In this document: positions 1 through 14,464 of the stretch, one piece after another | Layout of the letters: each line of letters opens with the position of its first letter | Numbering within the stretch: position 1 is the stretch's first letter | Origin: Octopus vulgaris | Taxonomy: Eukaryota | Direction: 5' to 3' | Length of the DNA stretch: 64,000 bases | NCBI GenBank assembly: GCA_951406725.2 | Contig: OX597838.1 | Span: 14,198,001 to 14,262,000, forward strand | Position numbers and translations under genes: made by a program | Notes under the pieces: model-generated | What the model saw: the letters and a program-made list of their open reading frames with translations, nothing else | What the model was told of the DNA's origin: nothing | The model's database searches: none

Positions 1-126
1 GATGAGGTTGACCTGGTCTTCCATCCTTTTGGTGCTGATAAAATAAGCATCGGTTAGTTGATCACCGGGGTTGATGTAACGGACTAGCCCCTTCCCTCAA
101 AATTTCACACCTTATGCTTACAGTAG

Positions 127-546
127 AGGCGCAGGAGTGGCTGTGTGGTAAGTAGCTTGCTAACCAACCACATGGTTCCGGGTTCAGTCCCACTGCGTGG
201 CATCTTGGGCAAGTGTCTTCTGCTATAGCCCCAGGCCGACCAATGCCTTGTGAGTGGATTTGGTAGACGGAAACTGAAAGAAGCCTGTCGTATATATGTA
301 TATATATATATGTATGTATGTGTGTGTGTGTTTGTGTGTCAGTGTTTGTCCCCCTAGCATTGCCTGACAACCGATGCTGGTGTGTTTACGTCCCCGTCAC
401 TTAGCGGTTCGGCAAAAGGGACCGATAGAATAAGTACTGGGCTTACGAAAGAATAAGTTCCGGGATCGATTTGCTCGACTAAAGGCGGTGCTCCAGCATG
501 GCCGCAGTCAAATGACTGAAACAAGTAAAAGAGTAAAGAGTAAGAG
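127..546 (+). mobile_element. tRNA-derived SINE family A (full length, internal TA/TG microsatellite), inserted in a family-M SINE
   Basis: Head GGCGCAGGAGTGGCTGTGTGGTAAG..GGTTCAGTCCC (A/B-box-like) and tail ..ACAAGTAAAAGAGTAAAGAG; more than 15 copies or fragments in the window. Confidence 0.9.
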
Positions 547-1029
547 AGTAGAGAAGATTATTATTATTATTATTATTATGGCCACAAGGTGCAACTTAAA
601 TGCAGATTTGCAAAAATGAGAATCCAAAGGAAAAAAAAAAACAAAAGAAAAAAAAACCAGTGATGGGTAAGGATTAGGATTAACCTACTGTCTTAAAAAT
701 GTAAGGGCACATTTATTTGATAATGCAGTTCTAGGTATATGTCCTGAAAACAAATAGAAAATAAGACAGGAATACTTTTCATTATAAGTGTGCTCAATGA
801 AGGCTGACCTTGTATTATTTATGTTGAGTGGTAATCTGATACCTCAAACAAATTACCAGCAGAGAGAGAGAGAGAGAGAGAGTGTGTGCGTGTGTGTGTG
901 TGTGACATCTGACTGAAAGTGATACGACATAAACACACACATAAAACCAGCTATTTCACATATACACACTGTGATATATTTGTGTTTAGATGAATGACAT
1001 CATTAAATAAGCTGCACACACACACACAT

Positions 1030-1190
<161 letters not shown>

Positions 1191-1261
1191 AACACACACA
1201 AACACACACACACACATGCACACACACATGTAAGTATGTATACAAACCATCAACACAAGAA

Positions 1262-1650
1262 ACACTGATGGAACATTCCCATCAAAATATCTATCTATCA
1301 AGTGTAAACACAACAGGCCAGACATTGTTGTTTGGGACAGAAGAGGAAAAAGTATATACAGTTACAGAGAGCTGTCCTGGTGATGAGAATACCTCTTTGA
1401 AAATCAATAAGAAAGAAGAAAACTAAGGACAACTGCTTTGAAACCTCCAGGTTCTGTATCTAGATTACAAATTTACATTTATACCAACAACAATCGGTGC
1501 ACTTGGTTCTGTAAGTAAATGCCTTTGTGACAATCTGGATAAGCTTGGATTTTCAGAAAAAGAAATCAACCATCTGAATCGCACATTACAAATTACAATC
1601 TGTAAAGTGGAACAATAAAAATATGCAAGACTTTTCTCAAGTTTAAAAAT
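1262..1650 (+). pseudogene. R4/Dong-like LINE restriction-like endonuclease remnant
   Basis: Frameshifted translation WNIPIK..KCKHNRPDIVVWD..SCPGDENTSLKINKKEEN..FIPTTIGALGSV. Confidence 0.75.
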
Positions 1651-1962
1651 GCGACATTGTTATTGTTACTGTTATCTATATTCCAATAATGGAGCTTTGT
1701 ATCTTTTTTGTTGTTGTTAGAAACCAGCTCCTTCCTCAGAAGAAGGGCTTAAAAGAAAAAAAAAATCAAAAGCAGAAGAGAACATACATATATCGATTGG
1801 TAGTGTGTGATATTTCACAGGCAAAAAAATAAATAAATATATAAATAAAAAACAAAAACAAAGAACATTGAAAGATGTACAACATAAACACAGAATTAAC
1901 AACGTTATCTCACATATACACACGGTGATACATATTGTCATATTGTATACATATGTGATATC

Positions 1963-2009
<47 letters not shown>

Positions 2010-2033
2010 TTAGTGTAGTGTGTGATACTGTAT

Positions 2034-2096
<63 letters not shown>

Positions 2097-2896
2097 TTAG
2101 TGTAGTGTGTGATATTTCATTGAAAAACAAAAATATATAATAAAAAAAACACTGATGTATATGTGCAACATAAAAGCTAACAGAAGTAGCTATGTTATCA
2201 AACATGTACACATTTGAGATACAGTGTTCTTTTTAATCTTTTGTTTCTCAGCCATTTTTTGCCTGTGGACCCCTTTGGTTCCCTTTTATTCTACTGGGCT
2301 TCCTTAACCATTTGGACTTTTAAAAAAATGTCATGATATTGTTTTATAATTAAATATCATTAACAATTGTATAAAAATAATTGTTAAAAATTTTGTGTAT
2401 TATAGAAGTAAAAACAAATTTATTGCTCACAAACTTCAATATCTTTTATGGACCCCCAATGGCCATATGGACCCTGATTGAAAAACCACAGTTTTAGTCA
2501 GTTGTTAAGGCACCCAGCGCCTTCCTTCTCTCTCCGCTGGTGAGGAGAGAAGGAAGGAGCTGTCCTCTAACTGGAGACCTGGTTCAAATGTTTGCAATAG
2601 AGTAGACTCTACTAAAGCCACCCAGAGTACCAGGGTGGTAGTGTTAAAGCAGATGACTGTGTAGGCTAGGGAAGGATTTGAACACTGGATGGAAAGAGTT
2701 GCATCAACTACCATGAGATATCCAGTGTAGTGGTCTTACACTTGCGTACTCATCTGCTTGGATTGGTACTTTTTAAATGACCCCAAATAGATGAATGGCA
2801 AAACTGATCTCGGTGGGACTTGAATTCAGAGTGCAGAGAGACAAAACAAATATTGTGAGATATTCTATCTATGATATCTTTAATGGGCCATTTGTA

Positions 2897-3181
2897 TATT
2901 TTGGTTGGCAGTGTGTGATATCTAGTTGTCATTAAAACTGAAAGATATACAACAGAAACTCCCAGAGAACTACCTATCATATATCACATAAACACATTGA
3001 GATGCACAACTCTATAGCTGTGTGATATCTTAACTGGGCTGCTTCTTTATTTTGATTGGCAGTGTGTGATATCTAGTGGTCATTAAGACTAAAAGATATA
3101 CAACACAAACTCTCTGAGAACTACCTCTCTTATATCACATAAACACACTGAGATGCACAACTGTATAGCCGTGTGATATCC
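2897..3181. repeat. 151-bp direct duplication rich in TGTGATAT
   Basis: 2897-3031 versus 3048-3181. Confidence 0.85.
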
Positions 3182-3308
3182 TATATGTATATCTTTGCAT
3201 TAGTAACGTAATATCGAGCTGACAATAACACAGAACGATATACAACACAGAACATGTACACAACTAGCTATCCCATATACACACAATGTGATACACACTG
3301 TATTTGCT

Positions 3309-3562
3309 CTGTGGTTCTTGACCGGGGTCCATATTACCCTTGAGAGTCCACAGAGGATATCACTGTTAAAATTTATGAGCAATAAATTGGTTACACTTCT
3401 ACAATACACAAAACATTAACAATTTTTTAAATGCAATTTCTGATAATATTTAATTATATAAGTATAATAGGATTTTTGAAACATTGGATGGCTATGAGGG
3501 TCCACCCAAGTAAAAATAGGAATCAAAGGGGTCCATAGGTAAAACTTGTTTGGGAACCACTG
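3309..3562. mobile_element. hAT-like MITE (CAGTGGTTCTCAA-type ends), diverged
   Basis: Ends CTGTGGTTCTTGAC and TTGGGAACCACTG; inverted relative at about 2240-2491; fragments at 35160-35265, 38365-38515, 58145-58320. Confidence 0.6.
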
Positions 3563-4444
3563 GTAGAACTGAATGATATCACTGGGCTGTGTGTGTGTAT
3601 CACTTGGTTGGTAGTGTGATATCTGGTTGATAAATAATACTGAATGTTATAAAACATACGACTGAAGCATACATACACACAGGCGCTAACCATCCCATTT
3701 CTACGAAAAGGAAGCCATCCACCCAAGATATACACCCAGAAACTGTATGATGTATGATCTGAGAAGTCAATATGTATACATATATATTTTTTTTTATTGG
3801 AAATATGTGATATCTACAACGATCTACCTCCATATATACACACAGAAAACCAGCCAAATCCCAATACGCACTGTGATATATATATATATATATATGTGTG
3901 TATGTTTGTGTGTGTGTGTGTGTGATGGGTTAGCTATGAGATATCCTGATATAACCACAGTAGGCAGTCGTGTCGTGTGTATATTCGTTGGCTGTGTGAT
4001 ATCTAATTTGACAGAAAGCCTGAAAGACGCATACAACATATAAACACGGAGACAGTTATCCTATATACACAGTGACAGAGAGAGAAGGAGGGAAAGAGGA
4101 AGGAAGTCAGGCTCTGATATTGCGCTTAAACAACAACACATTTTTAAAAACATAACAGAAACAGGAAGAAAAAAAAATCCCTCCACAGACAATAAAAAAT
4201 ATTCCATGAATCTTTTCAGCACCCACCTTTCTTTCTTTCTTTCTTTCTTTCTTTTTTTTTTTTGTTTTTTCAAATCAGTTCTGTTTCGGTTTGATTAGGT
4301 TTACTAAATGAGAACTGTTCTTTATCGGCTATCGTGTCTCCTCCTGTCTCAGTTGCCATTTATGTGAGTGAGTGAGTAAGTGTGTATGTATGTATGTATG
4401 TATGTATATATGTCTATGCGTGCGTGCGTGCGAGCGTGAGAAAG

Positions 4445-4483
<39 letters not shown>

Positions 4484-4618
4484 GAACGAGAGAGAGAGAG
4501 AAAGAGTGAGAGTGGGAGAGTTAAATATTACTTTGTACAAGTGTCCAATTTTCTATCCATGTTGACATCATATAGACAGCCATATACGTATTGCTGTGTA
4601 TGTATGTAAATATAAATA

Positions 4619-4663
<45 letters not shown>

Positions 4664-4697
4664 CTATACAATAATATGTTACGTTACTCGATAGTCA

Positions 4698-4760
4698 AGA
4701 TAAAACTCTGAGTTTCAGATGCCGAAGTGGAAATCCACAACACCATCTCTTCGGTTATCT
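4698..4760 (-). ncRNA. Decayed type-I hammerhead motif between (TA)n runs
   Basis: Minus strand reads AGATAA-CCGAAGA-GATG..GTGG-attt-CCAC..CATC-T-GAAAC-TCAGA-GTT-TTATCT; core has U4C. Confidence 0.45.
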
Positions 4761-5663
4761 GGCTATTTATATATATATATGTATATATATATATATGTGT
4801 GTGTGTATGGTTCTGTTTTCGTGCGTGTGTATAGGGTGGGGAGAGGAATAGTTGGTTGTGTGTGTGTGTGTGTATGTGTGGATAACTGGTTACGTGAACG
4901 TGTGAATGCGCGTGTGACCGTGGATGTGTGGATGCGCGCGCGCGTATATATGGGATAGCTGATTCTGAGAGGGGAAATAGCTGGCTGGATGTGTATATTG
5001 GCTAGTTCTGTGTATATAGGGAGAAGAAGAGATGTTGCTGGTCGTGTGTGTGTGTGTGTGATTTAAGGGATTCTATTGATATCACATTCTATCAGTTATA
5101 ACCTAACACACGCTCTAGTTTGTACAACGTACATATCACACAGCCTTCGTATATTTATGAATGAAATATGGATAGCTTCTTCTCCCTTTGCTCTGTGCGT
5201 ATGTGATATAAACTGGCCAACGCATATATTGTACACACATTTTTCGTCATTTTTTTTTTTACCAGCTAGATATCACACATCACTAAACAAAAGATACGTC
5301 ACTGTCCAGTGAATAGGTTTTAGATATCAGATGGCAACATATGCTGTTACATACGTTAGCCAACCAAATGTCACACGTGTATCAGTCAGCTGTCCAGATT
5401 TCACTAATCGCGAAGTCACGTTTTAAATTGTTGTTACGACATTACAACCACAGACACACCCACCAACAAACCTTCACTTACCACTGTCACAATAACCTAC
5501 ACATTTTCTCACACACCACTGTCACACTAACCCACAAACTTTCACTCTCTACTGTCACACCAATAATTAATTATCTTCATAATACTTAGGTAAAATACAT
5601 CAACTCTTACACTAAAAAACAAAATAGGGTATCTAATTCTAGTTTATTTTTTAAATTTCAAAG

Positions 5664-6008
5664 TACCTTCACTCTCCACTGTCACATAAACCCACAAACC
5701 GTCACTCACCACTGTCACACTAACCCACAAACCTTCACTCACCACTGTCACACTAACCCACAAACCTTCACTCTCCACTGTCACATAAACCCACAAACCG
5801 TCACTCACCGCTGTCACATTAACCCCACAAACCTTCACTCACCACTGTCACACTAACCCACAAACCTTCACTCACCACTGTCACACTAACCCACAAACCT
5901 TCACTCACCACTGTCACACTAACCCACAAACCTTCACTCACCACTGTCACACTAACCCACAAACCTTCACTCACCACTGTCACACTAACCCACAAACCTT
6001 CACTCACT
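5664..6008. repeat. 33-bp minisatellite, ~10 copies
   Basis: Unit ACCTTCACTCACCACTGTCACACTAACCCACAA; diverged copies at 5460-5560. Confidence 0.95.
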
Positions 6009-6495
6009 TATTCCCAAAGGTCACCCAACCAAGCTTTGTTCTCTTGATTTGAGAAGAGCATTTCACAGATCCTTAACATATTACTATGGTCAGATTCAAT
6101 GTCACTGTGCGACAAAACTGGCCCCTTCGGTATCAACCCACCTGAGACTGTGCCTGGTTCTATGATACAAACTTATAGTTTTAAAGTGATCTAAGTCAAA
6201 AACCCTTCTTCAAGATTTCCTGTTAATTTAATCTCCAAACACCAGCTTAATAATAACGAAGCTAATTTACTAAATTCTTCGTTATTTCAAAAATTAATTG
6301 AAAAAAAAGGTAATGCATTGCAATAAAAATATGTTGATAAAAGTGTTAAATCATAGATGCGGCCTACCTTGTGTTATATTGTCACTGACTAAGGATTCTA
6401 CAGAAGCATATATTTTTAATGCAAATATCTTAAACAAAATCAGTGAGACCACTGCAAGGGCCAAGTCCTTATTGTAGTGTGGTGGCTGGTATACC

Positions 6496-6723
6496 TTAAC
6501 CCATTAGCATTTAAACCAGCAATATCTGACCAAAATGTTTTACCTGTTTCATCCTCAGATCAGCCAGGGTTGGCCTCTCACACCTACCCTACAACGTCAT
6601 TTTAAAAATAAACAATCACATCACCAAAATCTCAAAGCTATGAGATAGCAAATCATCAATTCAAAATGATGCGAATAAATAAGCATTGCATTTGAGAAAA
6701 TAATCTGAATGCTAAAGGGTTAA
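6496..6723. mobile_element. piggyBac-like MITE (TTAA-CCC...GGG-TTAA)
   Basis: TTAACCCATTAGCATT / AATGCTAAAGGGTTAA. Confidence 0.7.
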
Positions 6724-6959
6724 TGACCCCTATGTGCCTTAATGACCCTGTTACCCTAGTGGTATAATATTGGAACAAAAGTTCCTAGTAAGGCCTCCCA
6801 TGATGGACAAGTCAGACGACAGAAGCCACAGTAATATGGTTCATTTTTTCCCAAAGGTAAAAAAAAAGGGTTTCTGAAGGGTCAACATCCCTACCTAGAA
6901 GATAGGCAAAGTTATAGAAGATTTGATGATGATTCAAATCCAACAAAACCAACAAATAA

Positions 6960-7172
6960 AAGGAAGGCCTTCCCTGAAGAAAGCACATGACAAGGAAGAA
7001 GAGGGGATACCCTGAAAATAGCTGCAGGTGGGACACTGTGGCAGAGTTGGAAAACAAGGGGTCCAACTAAAGACAAGAAGAAAAGATGGACCTGAATCAA
7101 GAAAAATGGGAAAAAATTCATCACTGGTCTAGCCTCTACAGGAAACGAAGGACTCAAAGAGTAAGAAAAGAA
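6960..7172 (+). pseudogene. Highly decayed RTE-like LINE 3' end
   Basis: Remnant ..GRRRG..P..; ..KKFITGLASTGNEG.. followed by an AAG-rich tail. Confidence 0.4.
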
Positions 7173-7205
7173 GACAGTATATGATAAGGCTGGTCATTTT
7201 AATTA

Positions 7206-8368
7206 CAGATACAGTCCAAACAATAAACATTCACCCAGTTCAATGTAGCCAGGTTCTGTAACAGATCTTGGACGATTGGAAATCATGCTAGAAGACACTT
7301 CATCAAGCCACTGTCCAGACGCAATACAACCAATAAACATTCACCCAGTTCAATGTAGACAGGTTATGTAACAAAGCTTGGACAATTGGAAACCATACTA
7401 GAAGACATTTGACCAAGCTGCTGTCCAGATACAGTCCAGCCAATGAACATTCGCCCAGTTCAATGTAGTCAGGTTCTGTAACAGAGTTTGGAGAACTGGA
7501 AACAATGCCAGAAGACTCTTGACCAAACCACTTTCCAGATAGAGTCCAACCAATAAACATTAACCCGGTTCAATGTAGTCAATTTCAGTAACAAAGCTTG
7601 GACAATAGGAGACCATGCTAGAAGACACTTGACTATGTCACAGTCCAGATACAGTCCTGCCAATAAATATTCACCCAGTTTAGTTGTACTAAGATTCATT
7701 GATACAGCTTGGTCAACTGGAAATCATAGTAGAAGACACTTGACCAAGCCCAGTCCAGATACAGTATAACCAATAAACATTCACCCAGTCCAATGTATTA
7801 GTTTCAGTAACAAAGCTTGGACAATTGGAAACCATAGAAGATTCTTGACCAAACCACTGTCCAGATATAGTCCAGCCAATCAACATTCACCCAGGACAAT
7901 GTAGTCAGGTTCTGTATCAAAGCATGGACAATCAGAAACCATGGTAGAAGACGACCAAGCCATGGTCCAGATACAATCCAGCCAATAAACATTCACACAA
8001 ATCAATGTAGTCAGGTTCAGTAACAAAGCTTGGACAACTGGAAACCATGTCAGAAGACCTTGACCAAGCCACAGTCCAGCCAATAAACATTCACACAAAT
8101 CAATGTACTCAGGATCAGTAACAAAGCTTGGATGATAGGAGACCATGGTAGAAGACACTTGACCAAACAACTGTCCACATACAGACCAGCCATTAAACAT
8201 TCACCCAGTTTCAGTAACAAAGCTTGGACAATTGGAAACCATGTTAGAAGACACTTGAGAAAGCCAATGTCCAGATACAGCCCAGGTAATGTACATTCAT
8301 ATAGTTCAATTTACTTAGTTTCACTGACAAAGCTTGGACAATCAGAAGAATATACTTGACCAAGCCAC
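7206..8368. repeat. ~110-bp tandem repeat, ~10 diverged copies
   Basis: CAGA(T/C).. unit starts recur at 7206, 7316, 7426, 7536, 7646, 7756, 7862 and 7968; period is not a multiple of 3. Confidence 0.95.
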
Positions 8369-8939
8369 TTTTTTTTCTTTTTTGGTATCAGACCAAAGAT
8401 CTCATAATCAAAAAATAAGTACTTTAATCTTTTAGCCTAATCTGCAACTTAACCCACTGATAAATAAACCTTCACTCATCATTCAACATCAGCCATCACG
8501 ACTGGTCACAATTCCTTCATTAGTCTGACCATGGCCACGGAAGGCCCCCAGGATGCAAGACTAAGTAGATAAAAGACTTCACATTTGTTGATGGAAGTCC
8601 TGTGCTGCTGAACTTAGGCTGTTTATGTGAGGTGACCTTTGCAAAGAGTTGCTACGGAAACAGTAAAATTTCATCATTACATCAGCTGACCTTTTAAAAC
8701 ATTCTATTGAAAATAGAAACAGATAATCTATCTACAGATGAAGGATGTTGGACCAAAATTAAAATGTGGTGGTGGTGGAGGTGGTGGTGGTGGCAATGAT
8801 GATGATGATGATAATGATGATGATGATGAGGGGGTGGGCATGGTAATTGTGATGATGATAATGGCGCTGATAATGATGGTCATTAATTATCACCAAAAGC
8901 AGGAGCAGCAGCAGCAGCAGCAGCAGCATCAGTGCTATT

Positions 8940-9412
8940 GTCCTCAGCAGCACCACTCTCACTGACTGTCATCCTGATCACCATCACCACCATCATCATT
9001 ACAGTTCCCATCACTTCCACCATCACCATAACCACTACCACCACCCTCATCACCATCACAGTACCCCATTACCCCCATTATCATCCTACCACTACCACCA
9101 CCACCACCACCACCACTACTACCAGCATCACCACCACTACCAGCACCAGCACCACCAGTACCACCACCACTACCAGCACCACCAGCACCACCATCACCAC
9201 CACCACCACCACCACTACCAGCACCACCACCACTACCAGCACCAGCACCACCAGCACCACCACTACCACCACTACCTGCACCACCACCACTACCAGCACC
9301 AGCACCACCAGTACCACCACCACCAGCACCACCACCACCACCACCATCACCACCACTACACCACCACCACCACCACCACCACCACCACCACCACCACCAC
9401 CACCACCACCAC
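8940..9412. repeat. (ACC/CAT/CAG)n trinucleotide low-complexity tract
   Basis: Direct inspection; similar tracts at 17920-18285, 31760-31925, 35605-36015, 40470-40780, 43098-43252. Confidence 0.95.
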
Positions 9413-10191
9413 TGCTATGTTTGTATTTCTTTCATGTCATCAATTTGACAAATGTTTCTCTGGAATGTGAAAGACCTGAGACTAACTTTTTGGTCTTTTA
9501 TTTTTATCATCTCCTCTCAGAAGAAACTCTAAACATCTTTAAGATACAATCTCACTACCAACCACCACCTCATCCCCCACCCTCCGCCGCTGTTTCCGTC
9601 CTCTGCTACCTGAGCCACCGGCGCTCAACCGCACACATACACACACACACACATTTACATCCAACACTTTACCACTTCCACATGGTAGTGTCCCTGTCTG
9701 TGCAGTACCCACCACTGCCACCTCCGACACACAGATACCAAACACTGACCAATGGTTTTAGTTAAGCTACTTCACCTGGTATTCGGTGTCTTTAAACGAA
9801 ACCACTTGTTTATCCTGCAAGGGAATTTCTACATGGGCATTGTCCCTGCAAAAAATAGCAGCTACAACTCCTTCAAACAACACCTGTTTTTCTTTCTGTC
9901 TTTCTTCCTTTCTTTCTCTTTCTTTCTTTCTTTCTTTCTATACCACCAAGTCAACAGAACCCCTGGTGACGTCCTTAACAAGTAACAGGTGCTTGTCATG
10001 GAATTTTCAGAAAAGAATTCAAAAGTGCTTTCCAATTGCCTTCCTTCAGTTATTTTTTTACAAGGCGTCATCTTGCTGACTAGTCACAGATAAGTTTGTC
10101 GCAACTGACAAGAAACCCAGAAATGGAAGAACCAGAACAAATTTGGCAAAACATTTCGTACAAGATTGGAATTTTATTCAGTCAACCCTAA

Positions 10192-10410
10192 AAGCAGTAA
10201 GCAAGCAGAATTGCTAGCACGCTGGGCTAAATACTTAGCGATGTTTTGTCTGCCGCTACGTTCTGAGTTCAAATTCTGCCCAGGTCGACTTTGCCTTTCA
10301 TCCTTTCGGGGGTCGATTAAATAAGTACCAGTTACACACTGGAGTCGATATAATCGATTTAATCCGTTTGTCCCCTCTGTGTTTAGCCCCTTGTGGGTAG
10401 TAAAGAATTA
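10192..10410 (+). mobile_element. tRNA-derived SINE family M (central GTCGACTTTGCCTTTCATCCTTTCGGGGTCGAT domain, MetaSINE-like)
   Basis: GAGTTCAAATTC B-box-like motif plus a conserved central domain; many copies. Superfamily assignment is from recall and unverified. Confidence 0.8.
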
Positions 10411-10944
10411 TCAATTGCAAGAGATTGTTATTTGGACTTATCTACCTGAAATTTCAGGACTTGTGCCTATAGTAGAAAGGATCATCTCAACCCTGGAAGA
10501 ATAAAAAGCTAAGTTAACATGAGCAAGAGTTCAATAACAGTCAACAGTCTGAGAATAATTACTTTTGATTGGGAGCTAAGAACACTCAATGCTAGACATA
10601 AAATAAAAAGAAGGGACAGTTGTTGTAAGGGACAACGAAAAGGCATTGAGAAAGGTATGCTTTATAATGTCCTTCCAACCCATGCCAACATGGAGGAGCA
10701 GACACAACAATGAGGGTCATGGCTGGAATGCTTTTGAATATAGGTCTGCTTGAAATGAAGGAGGGATCACTTCAGGCTAACCAACAATGATTGGTTTCTT
10801 TGACACTTTACTACACTCTCTCTTTCTCTCTCTCTCTCCTTCCCTTTCTCAAGTGATCTATGCCTACCTGCACTTTTCATTCAACTCAATCTCTCTCCCT
10901 CTTTCAGACCATCTGCGCAATGTGTGCATGTGTATACTCTTACT

Positions 10945-11340
10945 CTTTTACTCTTTTACTTGTTTCAGTCATTTGACTGTGGCCATGCTGGAGCACCGCC
11001 TTTAGTCCAGCAAATCGACCTCAGGACTTATTCTCTGGAAGCCTAGTACATATTCTATCAGTCTCTTTTGCCGAACCACTGAGTTACGGGGACGTAAACA
11101 CACCAGCATCGGTTGTCAAGCGATGTTGGGGGGGACAAACACAGACACACAAACACACACATATACTTATACATATATACGACGGGCTTCTTTCAGTTTC
11201 CGTCTACCAAATCCACTCACAACGCTTTGGTTGGCCTGAGGCTATAGCAGAAGACACTTGCCCAAGGTGCCACGCAGTGGGACTGAATCCGGAACCATGT
11301 GGTTGGTAAGCAAGCTACTTACCACATAGCCATTCCTACG

Positions 11341-11343
<3 letters not shown>
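10945..11343 (-). mobile_element. SINE family A
   Basis: Reverse-complement copy of 127-546. Confidence 0.9.
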
Positions 11344-11429
<86 letters not shown>

Positions 11430-12122
11430 TTATATATATATATATCAGTGCGTGCGTGCATGCACTTTTAGCAAAGCAACAAATGTGTTGCATCATTAGT
11501 GCCAGGTAGCATGTATTACAGAATGGTTCGTGTCCTTGTGCTTTGAATTCAAATTCCTCTGAGGTCAACTTCAACTCGTACCCTTTGAAGGAGGTCAATA
11601 AAACAGTCAGGGACCGAGGACAGTTTGATAACTCGATCTCTGCACCCAAATTCTTCCCCTTGTACTCAAGTTAGAAATTATTGATAGGGATCAGAATATA
11701 AGCAAACCAATAAGGGACATTAGAATAAGGGACAAAATACTTTGTTGTATTCGTTCCATCCCTCTGAATTCAAATCCAACCACTTGTCACAAGCCTTCTT
11801 GAAGCAGGAAATTATGATAGGGTACCAATGTTAGATAGATTGTCAACAAAAGGGGTCCTGTTTTTGTCACCTTAATGATCATAGATAACAGAAAACCCGG
11901 ACAGGGGAGAAAATCGTGAATCTTAAGCTTTGAATGAATAAATAAACTCCACTTAGATGCGTTCCATTTCTGGCTCTACACAAGAGTATAGACGTGTGTG
12001 TGTGTATACGTACATATACACAAGCATACACAACAGACTCCCTAACAACAGGAATAGCAACAAGAAATAGAAGCATCAGAACTTTAAAGAGATATGAAGA
12101 TGAAGTAGGTGAGGTATTGTGT

Positions 12123-12159
<37 letters not shown>

Positions 12160-12423
12160 GATAGAATAAAGAGTAAGTCATAGTAAGAGGGAGAGAGAGA
12201 GAGGGAGAGAGAGAAGTGGAGAGAAGAGAAATATTGAGAAAGTGAGAAAGACAAACAGTGAGACAGAGAGATAGAGAGAAAGGCAAATAGTAAGAGGGAG
12301 AGAGAGAGAGAGGGGGAGAGAATGGGGGAGAAATATTGAGAAAGTGAGAAACAGAGAAAGAGACAGAGAGATGGAGAGAAAGACAAAGAGTGAGAGAGAG
12401 AGAAAAGAGATAGAATAAAGAGT

Positions 12424-12466
<43 letters not shown>

Positions 12467-12575
12467 TGGAGAGAAGAGAAATATTGAGAAAGTTAGAAAG
12501 AGAAACAGTGAAAGAGAGAGAGAGATAGAAAGACAAATAGTAAGAGAATGAGAGAGAGGGTGGGAGGAAGGGAGG

Positions 12576-12609
<34 letters not shown>

Positions 12610-12751
12610 AGCTATGTATGTGTGTAGTGAGCTGTGTGTATACATCAAAGAATCTATATTCTATTGATTCACAGCTGTAACTGTATATAGGTTTAGAAAT
12701 AGCATGAATGGAGACACACAGACATTGTGTTACAGTCATGAGATAAAGGAC

Positions 12752-12793
<42 letters not shown>

Positions 12794-12962
12794 GCACACG
12801 TGTATATCTATGAGTGTGTGTTTGTGTGTGTGTGTACACATACATATATACATACACATACATACACATATATACGACTGTGTGTGTACATACACACACA
12901 CAGACACATTCATATACACACATATCATCATCATCACCACCACTACCACCACCACCACCACC

Positions 12963-13007
<45 letters not shown>

Positions 13008-13749
13008 TCAATGTCTACTTTTCCATGCTTTCAGGGATCAGACAAGAGTATATAAGGGCAGAATTTTTTTTTTTACAGTTGCTTTCCTTTTTCTTTTTAT
13101 TTTTGACACCATCCTCTACTTGCTTCCAAATGAGGTAACATTCTTGCAATGTATCGAAAAAGAAACAATGCAGACATAATTACAAGGAGAACTGGAAACA
13201 AACGGCACCATCTGAATGAACCTTCCATTTACGAAGACTGCACAACGTGTCAAGAAAGCCAAAAAAAAATTTGGACATGCACTCACGGCAGATTGTTAGA
13301 AACAACACCGTCTGCACGGACAGCCAAGCCGTTGTTTACAACCAGAGAACATATGTAATGACAACGAGAACCTGGGCTCACAAAACATTCACACAGATAA
13401 CAGTTACATATACATACATGATGGAAGAACACCTTTCATCTTGAAACCAAAGATGGTCGTTTTTCTTCTAGCACTGACTTAAGCCCCTCAAGCTGCTTGA
13501 ATTCGAAAAATTAAACTACGTTAAACTTACAAATTACAATTTTCTCTAGAAAGCCAAGAGAAAAAAATGTTTTATTTTGACACATTCTACCAGTATACGA
13601 AGTTTAAAAGTGTTTAGTTAACTAGATATTGTGTTGAAAACTGCCGTTCAAAAGGAAAAGATCCGCAGATCTTCTTCGTTATCATTTGGCTTGGGTTTAA
13701 AAGTTCAAAGTGGACTAAATCTTTAATATTCCACCAAACAGATAACAAC

Positions 13750-14135
13750 ACCTTACATGGATGAAGACCTTTAGCCTGGGGAGCCGGTGTTTCTCCTTTC
13801 CCTACCTACTGTCTTCAGTGTTTGACATTTTTATAGAGAACCCATTTCTCATCACCAGTCACTATTTGGTCCAAAAGAGGTTCATTCGTGAGACATGACT
13901 GCAAAGAAGAGCACACGTTCACTCTCCACACACAATTAGACTCAGAAAGTTTGTGAGGAACCTATTGACCCAACTTGCTGACTTTTCCGATGGCATGCAG
14001 AAGTCAATGAATGGTTGATTGACCAAATTCAAGCTTCTCTGCTAGTTCCTCAACAGTTATGATGGGATTTTGCTCCACCAGAATTTGCAGGATGTCCTCG
14101 TCAAGCTCTAAATATCTTCCGAAATAGGCCTGTCT
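13750..14135 (-). pseudogene. Mariner transposase remnant
   Basis: ELDEDILQILVEQNPIITVEELAEKL..KLGQ*VPHKL..IVTGDEKWVLY, with stops. Confidence 0.85.
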
Positions 14136-14464
14136 CCTAGGTTGTAGTTTCTGAGACATTGCCCCAGCATGGCCACAGTCTAATGACTGAAAAAGTAAAA
14201 GACACACACACACACACACAAGTACACTCTTTTACTCTTTTACTTGTTTCAGTCATTTGACTGCGGCCATGCTGGAGCACCGCCTTTAGTCGAGCAAATC
14301 GACCCCAGGACTTATTCTTTGTAAGCTGAGTACTTATTCTATCAGTCTCTTTTGCCAAGCCACTAAGTTACGGGGATGTAAACACACCATCTTCAGTTGT
14401 CAAGCGATGTTGGGGGACAAACATAGACACACAAACATACATACACACATACTATATGTATATA

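Noticed and set aside
5664-6008. 11-aa repeat protein (VSEGLWVSVTV)n
   Set aside because: An internal 1-bp insertion shifts the frame, and no splice signals were found; it is a plain minisatellite.
7206-8368. CRISPR-like or coding tandem array
   Set aside because: No unique spacers, eukaryotic context, no cas genes; the 110-bp period breaks the reading frame.
9810-9850. GQCPCRNSLAG, a laminin-EGF-like snippet after an acceptor-like site on the minus strand
   Set aside because: Immediate in-frame stop; likely chance.
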